Shown: positions 1 through 8,707 of the stretch, one piece after another
Layout of the letters: every line of letters starts with the position of its first letter
How positions within the stretch are numbered: position 1 is the stretch's first letter
DNA from: an uncultured Clostridia bacterium
GTDB taxonomy: Bacteria; Acidobacteriota; Aminicenantia; UBA2199
Assembly: GCA_964633415.1 (NCBI GenBank)
Contig: CAZWFY010000003.1
Location: 12,460-76,459, forward strand
Direction: 5' to 3'
DNA length: 64,000 nucleotides
Notes under the pieces: model-generated
Databases searched by the model: none
What the model saw: only the letters and a program-made list of their open reading frames with translations
What the model was told of the DNA's origin: nothing
Position numbers and translations under genes: made by a program

Positions 1-125
1 GCAATTGATTTTTCTATAGTGTTTACTTTTTCAGTGTCATTCGCTGTTACTTCATCTGCTTTTTTACATGAAACGATCATTAATAAGAATAGAAACAGAC
101 TAATAATTAAAATTAATTTTTTCAT
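1..125 (-). CDS. Lipoprotein, 5' part only (runs off window start)
   Basis: Translated manually: MKKLILIISLFLFLLMIVSCKKADEVTANDTEKVNTIEKSI. Basic N-terminus, hydrophobic core, lipobox IVS-C; SD-like GAGGTG just upstream. Not in ORF track because truncated. Confidence 0.8.
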   Translation of the reverse strand, partial: MKKLILIISLFLFLLMIVSCKKADEVTANDTEKVNTIEKSI

Positions 126-263
126 TTTCACCTCACAAATGAATTATGTGCTTATAGATAAAAATTGTCAACGGATAAATATCTTCTCAAATTTTAAAGA
201 AAATTAATAAAAATGTTGAAATATTAAAAAATAGTGAATATAATATTAATGATGAGGTAAAAG

Positions 264-611
264 ATGCCGAAAATAAAAAGAAAAGTTATAAATATTTCTC
301 TTGGAGATAAGACAAAGATGATGCTTTGGGAAGTATCGAAATATTTTAAAATCAGGGAATCAAATTTTATAGAGAAAGCTATAATGGATCTTGACAATGA
401 AGAGATAAGCAATGATTTCAAGAAGTTTTGTGAATTGATGGGCTATAAAAATATTGAAAAATCTGCAGAGCATAAACCTCTTTTTATTATGGAGAATCTT
501 GTATACAGAATAAAAAGAGATCATTTTGAATATAATTTAAAAAATCAGACGATTTTTATTAAATATTTGATATATTTTTATTATAATAAATATATCAAAC
601 CGATAATTTAA
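264..611 (+). CDS. Hypothetical protein, putative ribbon-helix-helix DNA-binding protein
   Basis: SD GAGGT before ATG. N-terminus RKVINISL-G-DKTKMMLWEVSKYF-KIR-ESNFIEKAIMDL fits the strand-helix-helix pattern of CopG/RHH proteins; a weaker second copy may lie in the C-terminal half. Confidence 0.5.
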   Translation: MPKIKRKVINISLGDKTKMMLWEVSKYFKIRESNFIEKAIMDLDNEEISNDFKKFCELMGYKNIEKSAEHKPLFIMENLVYRIKRDHFEYNLKNQTIFIKYLIYFYYNKYIKPII

Positions 612-793
612 AAATTCAAAAAATAAAACAGCGGAGGAAGGGGATTAGTAAATTTAAAAAGTTGAAAGTTTAACGAATTCTCAGGGTTTGAAGAAATGGA
701 AGAGAATCTGTTCTCAGTTAAGATGAAGAAAAAAAATAGTTTTTGCAAAAAACACTAATTCTCTTTGAAAAAACCGAAATCTCGTAAATATCT

Positions 794-1501
794 ATGAAAA
801 AAGCCATTATTTTAGTAGTGATATTAATTATTTGTTATTTAGATCTGCTTTCTTTTAAAAAAATTAATATTTTCGGCATCAGGTATGGTTTTTTTTTAAT
901 TTCAGTTTCAAAAAATCTAAATGTTTTTAAAAACGACAAATTAGTTTTTTCAGAAAAGGGAGATTTAATCTCCGAATATCTGATAATAGAAAGATCTGAT
1001 AATGTGATTTTATGTAAATCCAAAAAAGAATTTAAACTGCTTAATAAAAGATGTTATGTGAAAGCTGATCAAAATGTAATTATTGAGGAAACCGATAAGT
1101 TAATCGGGAATCGGAATTTAAAAAGTTATAAAAAGCGGTGGTTTGAATACATTAAAGGAATTGAGTTTAAAAGAGTAGCGGATAATGTCTTTGTAACTCT
1201 TGATCCTATTTCTGTTTCTATAATTATGGATTTGACTTATAAAGGATTAAAGAGATATGTAAAAAGTTTTCAGACTGAGTGTAAAACAGGATATAGCGTA
1301 GAAATGCTGAATACCATGGAGATAGAAAAATATATTGATTTAAAAAAGGGCAAAATACTACTCGGTATTTCGGAGGGGAGAGTGGTAATGGTTTATAAAA
1401 CAAACGGTAAGATACGAAGTAGTTTTATTACCGAATCTACAATAAGAAAGTTTAGTGGAAATATCTTTTTACCGCTGATACTTAAATATAAAAGGAGATA
1501 G
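794..1501 (+). CDS. Exported hypothetical protein
   Basis: 235-aa ORF with signal-peptide-like N-terminus (MKKAIILVVILIICY); first gene of a coupled operon. TLDPIS motif is faintly DUF3108-like. Confidence 0.6.
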   Translation: MKKAIILVVILIICYLDLLSFKKINIFGIRYGFFLISVSKNLNVFKNDKLVFSEKGDLISEYLIIERSDNVILCKSKKEFKLLNKRCYVKADQNVIIEETDKLIGNRNLKSYKKRWFEYIKGIEFKRVADNVFVTLDPISVSIIMDLTYKGLKRYVKSFQTECKTGYSVEMLNTMEIEKYIDLKKGKILLGISEGRVVMVYKTNGKIRSSFITESTIRKFSGNIFLPLILKYKRR

Positions 1502-1502
1502 A

Positions 1503-2597
1503 ATGAAAAAATTTTTAACTATTACACTGATTCTGTTTTTATCTCTGTTTTCCTATTCCGAATGGAAGAATAAAATATCAGAATATTGGGATGATTATGA
1601 AGATTTCAGTTCGATAATCAGATATCTCGAAAGAGATATTGAAAAAATTTCAAAAGTTGAGAGAGCAGAAGCTTTGGCAATTCTTTCTTATGCATATAAA
1701 AATGAGAATAATATTGCCGGAGAAGTGAGCTGTATTAAAAAACTATTTACGATGTTCGAGTTTAAATCAATTTCTCCGGATTTTTTAGATTTAAGTGCAA
1801 GAATGAAAATATTCGATTATATAGAGAGATGGAAAAAAGTATTTCCTGAGATATCGGGAGTTGAGTTTTGTAATATTGATGATGGAATAAGCTATTTTTC
1901 ACCACCTGAATTTATCAATATGAAAATCTGCTCTTCCACATCAGCCGGAATGAAATTAATTGATTCTTTAAACAGAGTGGTATTTTCAGTTTTCTTAAAA
2001 TCCGGGAAAAATTTTGTGAAAATTCCAATGAAAATTGTGGAAGTAGCTAATAATATTACAAAGTTTAGTATAAATGTTTATAGTGGTTCGGTTTCAATAA
2101 ATTATAAGTTTACTGTTGAAAAAGAGTATAAGATTCCTTCGGGAATAAACTTTAATCCCAATCTTGGATTTGTTAAATTGATTAACCGGAATTTTAAAAA
2201 GGAAAGCAAAAAGATAGTTAAAAAAGAAGGTAGAAGATATTTTGATAAAAAGATGTTTCTTGAAAAATCTTTGATTCCGTTAGGAGTAGGTATCACCTTT
2301 TTTTGTGCGGGAAATTTTTTGACGAATTCAAAAACAGTTACTCCCGATAAGTTTGTCAGCAGGCAGTCATTATGGTCTCTTGGGAAATCATCTAAATATT
2401 TCGGAGTAGGATTTTCAATTAAAAGCGTTATTAATTTAATACGATCATTCAAAAAGATAAATACATATAAAGTATATTTTGTAGAAGATCCCGATTCAAT
2501 TCATTATAACAATCTTCTCCGGAAAGTTCTGAAAAAAAAGAAAATGTTGATTAGAGTAAAACTAAAACTAACAAAGATGGAGGAAAAAAATGAATAG
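1503..2597 (+). CDS. Exported/membrane hypothetical protein with TPR-like helix pair
   Basis: SD GGAG, signal peptide MKKFLTITLILFLSLFSYS, TPR-like ERAEALAILSYAYKNENN, beta-rich middle, hydrophobic C-terminal segments. Confidence 0.65.
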   Translation: MKKFLTITLILFLSLFSYSEWKNKISEYWDDYEDFSSIIRYLERDIEKISKVERAEALAILSYAYKNENNIAGEVSCIKKLFTMFEFKSISPDFLDLSARMKIFDYIERWKKVFPEISGVEFCNIDDGISYFSPPEFINMKICSSTSAGMKLIDSLNRVVFSVFLKSGKNFVKIPMKIVEVANNITKFSINVYSGSVSINYKFTVEKEYKIPSGINFNPNLGFVKLINRNFKKESKKIVKKEGRRYFDKKMFLEKSLIPLGVGITFFCAGNFLTNSKTVTPDKFVSRQSLWSLGKSSKYFGVGFSIKSVINLIRSFKKINTYKVYFVEDPDSIHYNNLLRKVLKKKKMLIRVKLKLTKMEEKNE

Positions 2598-3210
2598 GGC
2601 AAGAATTGGAATAATACTGTTTGCTACCCTGTTAAGTTTTGGAATTGCCGAAACACAAACAGGTTTTTTTGTATCTTTAAAAGATATTGAAATGAGAGTT
2701 GATTTCTCAGGCGATGCGATAAAGAGTGACGATGTTAGCGGTAATTTAAGTGAATTTTTTTTTAAATTGTCAAATATCTCTCCCGGAAAAATCGAATTAA
2801 GTCTTATTCTTAATCTTTCCAAAGGATCTGTTATTAATGGTGAGAATCAGATAATAGAATACAGCCGTATAGGTACAGGTGCTGAATTAGGTAAAATATT
2901 TAATCTTTATTATGGGACCATTTTTGGGAAGAAGTGTATATTTGATATGGTTTGTGGGATTTCGGGAATAGTATATTTCAACGGGAAATCTGATACAGGA
3001 GAGTTTTCACTCACGGGGAGTGAGGAGCAAAAAGATAAACTTTTATATGATTTTGGAATATTTGCATCTTTAAAGATCGGGATAACAATGAGGAAGTTTT
3101 ATCTCTACATCGGTTTTCAATCAATCTATCCTCTGTATTCAAAGTCGATTTTAACAGATGAGAAAGTAAATTTCTTGAAATCTTATCTTTTTCTTGGAGT
3201 AGCATTTTGA
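2590..3210 (+). CDS. Putative outer-membrane beta-barrel protein
   Basis: Signal peptide, alternating Gly/aromatic strands, C-terminal YLFLGVAF with terminal Phe (BAM signal-like); overlaps both neighbours. Confidence 0.55.
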   Translation: MNRARIGIILFATLLSFGIAETQTGFFVSLKDIEMRVDFSGDAIKSDDVSGNLSEFFFKLSNISPGKIELSLILNLSKGSVINGENQIIEYSRIGTGAELGKIFNLYYGTIFGKKCIFDMVCGISGIVYFNGKSDTGEFSLTGSEEQKDKLLYDFGIFASLKIGITMRKFYLYIGFQSIYPLYSKSILTDEKVNFLKSYLFLGVAF

Positions 3211-4619
3211 AATATTGCCCCGAGTGTAATCGTTTTATTCCGCAAAAAAAATATATTTGCAGTCGTTGCGGATCATCCGGAATTTCAGATTTTATTTTAT
3301 TAAACAGAGAAAAAAAAGAGATTGATAAAATTATTCTATTTGTAGAATTACTAAAATTTGATGATTGTGAATATAAGATTATTGAAATTCTTGGGACCGG
3401 TGGATATGGAATAATTTTGAAAGTGGAAAGTGTTGAAAGAAAAAAATTTTATGCTCTTAAACTTCCGCTCTCATTCAAAAATATGTTTACAAACAGTGGA
3501 GGATATTCCGAAGAGGAGTTAAAAGGTTCTGATGAATCGGTTGAAAGTGAAATATCAATTCTCGAAAAATTTAGTGGAGAGAGATTGTTAAAATTGGAAG
3601 GAACAGGTGAGTTTGTTTGCCGGAATGGGAAGCTGGAGGGGAAATTTAAGGGAATCCTTCTTGAATTAGCAATTGGGACACTGAAGGACCTTATACTAAT
3701 GGAGTCGCGGGGAAAGGTTAAGATAGGGTTTAATGAAAAAATAGAAATATCGAGACAGATCATCGAAGATCTTCAATATTTACATTTAAGAAATACTGTT
3801 CATAGAGATATTGCCCTTGAGAATATCTTTATTGTTGATAGAGAGAATAAAATTAACTTTGTGCTTGGGGATTTCGGGACTTCAAAAGTCAGAAAGATTG
3901 TAAAGAACAGTTCAACAACCAAAATTATCGGTAAGGAAAAATATCTTGATCCGGCAAGGTTTATAAAAAAATACAGGACAGATCCGAGAATTGATATGTT
4001 TACTGCAGGAATTGTCATTACTGAAATTTTTATAGGGGATTTATGGGACAATATCATATTTGAACCACTTTCAGAGATGAATTTCGAGGAAGATTTTTTA
4101 AAAAATTATGTTTCAAGCCATCTTGATAAAAAATTTATAAGATTTATTGCAAAATCTTTAAAACCTGAAATAGAAAAGAGATATAGAAATACAGATGAGA
4201 TGAAAAAAAAATTTGAAAAACTTGTGAAATCTGTAAGAAAACGAAAACAGTCGATAAAAATCAGGAAAGATATAAAACTTCTTTACAATATAAAAATTCC
4301 ATGGGAAGAAAAAACAGGAAACAGAGAAAGGATTGTAGATTATGAAAATCACTGTAAGTTAAGTTTTGATGCTGATGAAAAGTTGGTGATCAACTTTAAA
4401 GGTGTCAGTATATCAAAGGTTATTTTGAAGAATACTCCGTTAATTAATATATCGAATTCAAAAAACAGTATAGAGATATCAATTGATAGAGATTTCGTAA
4501 AAGAGAGTTTGAGGATATTTTCGAAAAAGCATTATGACAAGGATAAAGGAATTCTCTATTTTCAAAATAACTTGAGAATTATCTATATTCTGTCTATGAC
4601 CAGATACAGGAGATATTAG
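3207..4619 (+). CDS. Hanks-type protein kinase with N-terminal zinc ribbon
   Basis: CPEC...CSRC ribbon; Gly loop LGTGGYG; YALKL lysine; HRDIALEN; DFG. TTG start overlaps upstream TGA. Confidence 0.88.
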   Translation: MKYCPECNRFIPQKKYICSRCGSSGISDFILLNREKKEIDKIILFVELLKFDDCEYKIIEILGTGGYGIILKVESVERKKFYALKLPLSFKNMFTNSGGYSEEELKGSDESVESEISILEKFSGERLLKLEGTGEFVCRNGKLEGKFKGILLELAIGTLKDLILMESRGKVKIGFNEKIEISRQIIEDLQYLHLRNTVHRDIALENIFIVDRENKINFVLGDFGTSKVRKIVKNSSTTKIIGKEKYLDPARFIKKYRTDPRIDMFTAGIVITEIFIGDLWDNIIFEPLSEMNFEEDFLKNYVSSHLDKKFIRFIAKSLKPEIEKRYRNTDEMKKKFEKLVKSVRKRKQSIKIRKDIKLLYNIKIPWEEKTGNRERIVDYENHCKLSFDADEKLVINFKGVSISKVILKNTPLINISNSKNSIEISIDRDFVKESLRIFSKKHYDKDKGILYFQNNLRIIYILSMTRYRRY

Positions 4620-5146
4620 TGAAGGAAAAATTTCTAAGAAAAAAATATAAAAGTTATCGGAAATTTTTCAGACTGTTGAAAAAATCCGGAATGTTTAAAG
4701 CGGTAATTTATGACGGAGAAAGTTTTAATGAATATTGCTACCCCGGAATAAGAATGGATTCATGGAAAGCAGAGCTGATAGTTCTTTTTATTCTTGTCTT
4801 AACTTTGGTATTAGTTCTTGAAATGAAAACCGTAGTACGTTTTGACTTGGCATATAATATCAGCGGAAGGATTAAGATTGAGAACAGGGTTGATAGAAAC
4901 GGTATATCAAATCTACATAAAGCTGTTATAAACAATAAGGAAAAATTTGTTAAAAAGATAGTTCAATATGGTGCTGACATTAATTCCACTGATGAGTATG
5001 GTTGGACACCTCTTCACTGGGCGAAGTTTCTCAAGAGATCAAAAATATCGGAATTTCTTATCAATCATGGTGCTCTATCTGACTTTCCTTCTGAAAAAGA
5101 TTGGTTTAAGTTTAAAAAAGGTACAACTCCCGATAGTATTAATTGA
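4619..5146 (+). CDS. Membrane-anchored ankyrin repeat protein
   Basis: TM segment LIVLFILVLTLVLVL, then NGISNLHKAV...GADIN and YGWTPLHWA...LINHGA ankyrin repeats. Confidence 0.85.
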   Translation: MKEKFLRKKYKSYRKFFRLLKKSGMFKAVIYDGESFNEYCYPGIRMDSWKAELIVLFILVLTLVLVLEMKTVVRFDLAYNISGRIKIENRVDRNGISNLHKAVINNKEKFVKKIVQYGADINSTDEYGWTPLHWAKFLKRSKISEFLINHGALSDFPSEKDWFKFKKGTTPDSIN

Positions 5147-5192
5147 TTATTTGAATTTAACTCTTTTCTTGAAAGATAGGAAAAAGTAAATG

Positions 5193-5225
5193 TATACACA
5201 ACCCCCTGGACGGGGGTTGTGTGTA
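5193..5225. terminator. Rho-independent, probably bidirectional terminator
   Basis: TATACACAACCCCC-TGGAC-GGGGGTTGTGTGTA, 14-bp stem with one G-U, between the convergent ankyrin and csp genes; short T-runs nearby on both strands. Confidence 0.8.
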
Positions 5226-5239
5226 ATGTTTTTAGTAGT

Positions 5240-5440
5240 CTATATTTTTACTACATTAGCTGCATAGTCACCCTTTTCATTCTGACGAATTTCAAATTCG
5301 ACCTGCTGCCCTTCATCTAACGATTTAAATCCGTCACCCTGGATCTCACTATGGTGCACAAAGATATCCTTGCTGCCTTCCATTTCGATAAATCCAAATC
5401 CTTTCTGAGGATCAAACCATTTTACTGTTCCGTTAGCCAT
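5240..5440 (-). CDS. cspA: Cold-shock protein (CSD)
   Basis: [18 protein letters not shown]...DIFVHHS (RNP1/RNP2); SD AGGAGG. Confidence 0.97.
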   Translation of the reverse strand: MANGTVKWFDPQKGFGFIEMEGSKDIFVHHSEIQGDGFKSLDEGQQVEFEIRQNEKGDYAANVVKI

Positions 5441-5555
5441 ATTTCTAACCTCCTTGTAAATTTAAAAGTAAATAGAGGTAGAAATTAAAACTTCAATAAA
5501 AAATAATTTTTGATTGGTCATTTTTATTATCTCTCACCTGTACTTACAAAATAAA

Positions 5556-5584
5556 ATTATATCAAATTGTTTTTTCTTTGTCAA
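5556..5584 (-). promoter_or_regulatory. Sigma70 promoter of csp gene
   Basis: Minus strand TTGACA-N17-TATAAT (perfect consensus), giving a ~110-nt 5' UTR typical of csp mRNAs. Confidence 0.85.
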
Positions 5585-5654
5585 AAATTTGATTTTTTTC
5601 TTGATTTCTTCAAATTATAGTTTAAAATAAAATAATAAGTACAAGGAGGAGGGA

Positions 5655-6044
5655 ATGAAAAGAGTTGTTTTATATTTTTCGATTTTTTTATTGGTTTTTG
5701 GGGTTGTTTCATTTCAGGGTTGCAAAAAAAGTGGAGATGATGAAAACATTGACGCTAATGCAGGTGTTGTAGGAACATGGAATCTTAGTATTACTTTTAA
5801 AAACAATTCTGTTGTTAAAAGAGTTATTACTTTTGCAGGAACAGCCGCCGAGGGAAAATTTTCGGATGATCTCGGTGATTCCGGAACATACAGGGTTGGT
5901 GATGTTGCAATTTATTTTACAAGAATCGCAAAGACAACAGGTGTTATTCAATATTTTATCGGAATAATTGCCGATAATAATAATATGTCCGGAACATTTA
6001 TCGGTACCGATACCGGAACAGGGACTTGGTCGGCAACAAGGTAA
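5655..6044 (+). CDS. Lipoprotein, lipocalin-like beta fold
   Basis: SD AGGAGG; lipobox FQG-C; VVGTWNL strand motif and beta-rich body. Confidence 0.7.
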   Translation: MKRVVLYFSIFLLVFGVVSFQGCKKSGDDENIDANAGVVGTWNLSITFKNNSVVKRVITFAGTAAEGKFSDDLGDSGTYRVGDVAIYFTRIAKTTGVIQYFIGIIADNNNMSGTFIGTDTGTGTWSATR

Positions 6045-6088
6045 ACAAGAAGTTTTTAATTTAGGAATAAATTTTTTATTTTAATAGG

Positions 6089-7231
6089 ATGTCTATGAAA
6101 CAAATAGGTTTTTATCAAAAAATTGTTTTAATGCTGATTGTTCTTTTTCTATTTAACTGTGATAGGGTTAGGGAGACGGAACATCATTATCATGTTGGAG
6201 ATGGAGAGTATTATGGAGAATATTATCCGACTGATTCTTGGAGAACCTGTTCCCCGGAAGCGGTGGGGATGGATTCCAAAAAACTTGAAATTGTTTATGA
6301 TTATGCCGCAAATCAAAATATACATACCGACGGACTGCTTATTGTAAAAAAAGGATATATTGTCCTTGAAGAATATTTCAGAGATTTTACGAAAAATTCA
6401 AGACATGAAAGCTATTCCGTTGCTAAAAGTTTTACAAATGCACTTATTGGAATAGCACTTGAAAAGGGGCTTATCGGATCTATAGATGAGAGAATTTCAA
6501 AATATTATCCTGAATTGAAAAAACCCGATGTTGATATCCGGAAAAAGGGCATAACGATAAAAAACCTGCTTTCTATGATGTCTGGCTTGACTTGGCAGGA
6601 AGAGGGAGAATTCTCCCATAGTGAAGATGATGCTTTTTTAATGATGGATCATGATGATTATATTAAATATGTTCTTGATAAACCGATGAGGTATAATCCG
6701 GGAAGTAAATGGTATTATTCAAGCGGTGATACAATGCTTTTATCAGGAATACTTGAAAAATCGACCGGAATGTCAGCGTTTTATTTTGCAAAAGAGAATC
6801 TTTTCAGTCATATTGGACTTCCTGATATTGAATGGGCTGCCGATCCGCTTGGTCATACGATTACACCCTGGGGTATTCAGGGAACATTGAAGGAGTTTGC
6901 AAAATTCGGTTTTTTGTATCTTAACAAAGGTAAGTGGGATGGAGAACAGGTTGTTAGCGAAAAGTGGATCGATGAATCTTTAAAGCCGGTTTTTCCTCCT
7001 GAAATATATTTCTATGGTTATCAATGGTGGCTTGGCAGTTCTTTTGAGAATTATAAAGCCTATGATCTTCCCGATGATATTTTTCTTGCATGGGGACTCT
7101 ATACTCAACTGGTATTTGTTATACCTTCACATGATCTGGTTATAGTCAGATTGGGTATGGACCCTTACAGTAGTTCCGACCAGTGGGATGAAGCGGAATT
7201 TATTTCATTGGTTCTTAATGCGGAAAAATAG
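6089..7231 (+). CDS. Serine hydrolase, beta-lactamase/class C-like family, likely lipoprotein
   Basis: SxxK (SVAK), LLSMMSG, Y-S-S, KFGFLYLNKGKWDGEQVVSEKW, YGYQWW; lipobox-like FLFN-C. Confidence 0.9.
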   Translation: MSMKQIGFYQKIVLMLIVLFLFNCDRVRETEHHYHVGDGEYYGEYYPTDSWRTCSPEAVGMDSKKLEIVYDYAANQNIHTDGLLIVKKGYIVLEEYFRDFTKNSRHESYSVAKSFTNALIGIALEKGLIGSIDERISKYYPELKKPDVDIRKKGITIKNLLSMMSGLTWQEEGEFSHSEDDAFLMMDHDDYIKYVLDKPMRYNPGSKWYYSSGDTMLLSGILEKSTGMSAFYFAKENLFSHIGLPDIEWAADPLGHTITPWGIQGTLKEFAKFGFLYLNKGKWDGEQVVSEKWIDESLKPVFPPEIYFYGYQWWLGSSFENYKAYDLPDDIFLAWGLYTQLVFVIPSHDLVIVRLGMDPYSSSDQWDEAEFISLVLNAEK

Positions 7232-7342
7232 GAGTAGAAACAATTTAAATAGTTAGAAATAACAGTTGTTTTTTGATTTATTCCTTTAATGAAATGTATA
7301 TTTTTGATATAAGTATTCATTAACCATAATTTGGAGATAAAA

Positions 7343-7744
7343 ATGGATATTTATAAACATAGATCGGATTTTGATGTCAGGGATTATGAACTTGATATGC
7401 AGGGGGTTGTGAATAATTCCGTTTATCAGAATTATCTTGAACATGCAAGGCATCTTTTCCTCAGAGATTTCGGAATAGATTTTTCGGAATTTACAAAAAA
7501 AGGAATTATTCTAACTGTAATTCGAGTTGAGATGGATTATAAATATCCTCTCGTTGGAGGAGATAAATTTTGGATAGGGACGAATCCGGTGAGAGTTTCA
7601 CCATTACGGATCGCATTTATTCAGGACATCTACAAATATCCGGATAATAAATTGATTTTAAAAGGGAAGGTTTTCGGGACGGTCCTGAATAAAAGCAGAA
7701 GACCAAAGATCCCTGAAGAGTTAGATAAATTGTTTCTGCATTAG
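7343..7744 (+). CDS. Acyl-CoA thioesterase (4HBT/YbgC hot-dog family)
   Basis: VRDYELDMQGVVNNSVYQNYLEHAR motif. ATG at 7343 with GGAG SD preferred over the ORF-track start at 7331. Confidence 0.92.
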   Translation: MDIYKHRSDFDVRDYELDMQGVVNNSVYQNYLEHARHLFLRDFGIDFSEFTKKGIILTVIRVEMDYKYPLVGGDKFWIGTNPVRVSPLRIAFIQDIYKYPDNKLILKGKVFGTVLNKSRRPKIPEELDKLFLH

Positions 7745-7793
7745 TTAGGAACGAATAGAAAGATATGTCATATACAACATTTATTGAAAATCA

Positions 7794-8684
7794 ATGAAAA
7801 TAATTACAAAACAGGATCTTTTCTTTAAGCTTTTTTATCTTTTTCTACCACTTATGACAGGAATATTTCTTGCTCTATATTCAAGAAAAATTGTTTTTAT
7901 AAAGGTAACTGTTATATTTCTCATTTTTTTTGCTTTGTTTATGTTTCGAAAGTCTTTGAGGAGAGCTAAAGCAGTAAGAGCCGTTCTACCCGATTTGTGG
8001 AAGCAGATAATTAAAAAGTATTCGGTCTTATACAGAGTGATTAATGGAGAGGAGAAGAAGCAATTTGAAAATGATATAAAAATTTTTTTAAAAGAATTTA
8101 ATATCACTGCCGCAGGATCGGTTGAAATTGATATCGAAACAAAACTACTTATTGCAATTGGAGTTGCTACAATTCTGCATGGACGAAAAGAGTGGGAACC
8201 TCCGTTTAAAGATGGTGTGGTTGTTTATCCGGGAGAGACATTTGACACTGATTTTAGGTTTAACAGGGGTGAGATCGCCGGGATGGCTGGAGAAAGGAGA
8301 CCACTTCTCATCACAAAGGATATTTTAAAAAAAAGTTTTGAAAATTCTTCAGACGGTTATAATTCACTGCTTCATGAGATTGCCCACTATTTTGATTTTG
8401 AGAATAGGGGATTAAGCGGGGTGCCATTAATCGGAAACAGTGCGGAGAATAGTTTAAAGTGGAAAAATGCTATTGAAAATGAGAGGGCAAAAATATCAGA
8501 TGGATCGTCTTTTTTAAGATCATATGGAGATGTTAATGATTCCGAATTCTTTGCAGTTGCAACGGAGTTCTTTTTTGAAAGACCTGAAGATATGTTTAAT
8601 GAAAATAAAGAATTATATCTTTTGCTAAAGAAATTTTATAATATTGATATGAAAGAATATTATAAAGAAAAATATTTAAATTAG
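7794..8684 (+). CDS. Zinc-dependent peptidase, MtfA/M90 family, with N-terminal membrane anchor
   Basis: HEIAH plus EFFAVATEFFFERP; two hydrophobic N-terminal segments. Confidence 0.85.
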   Translation: MKIITKQDLFFKLFYLFLPLMTGIFLALYSRKIVFIKVTVIFLIFFALFMFRKSLRRAKAVRAVLPDLWKQIIKKYSVLYRVINGEEKKQFENDIKIFLKEFNITAAGSVEIDIETKLLIAIGVATILHGRKEWEPPFKDGVVVYPGETFDTDFRFNRGEIAGMAGERRPLLITKDILKKSFENSSDGYNSLLHEIAHYFDFENRGLSGVPLIGNSAENSLKWKNAIENERAKISDGSSFLRSYGDVNDSEFFAVATEFFFERPEDMFNENKELYLLLKKFYNIDMKEYYKEKYLN

Positions 8685-8707
8685 TTATTTTTACAATTAT
8701 TATTTTT

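Noticed and set aside
19-207. 62-aa plus-strand ORF
   Set aside because: Shadow of the minus-strand lipoprotein start (1-125), which has an SD and lipobox.
6089-7231. Beta-lactam resistance gene (ampC)
   Set aside because: SxxK hydrolase lacks the YxN and KTG triads of true class C enzymes; generic esterase/amidase family.
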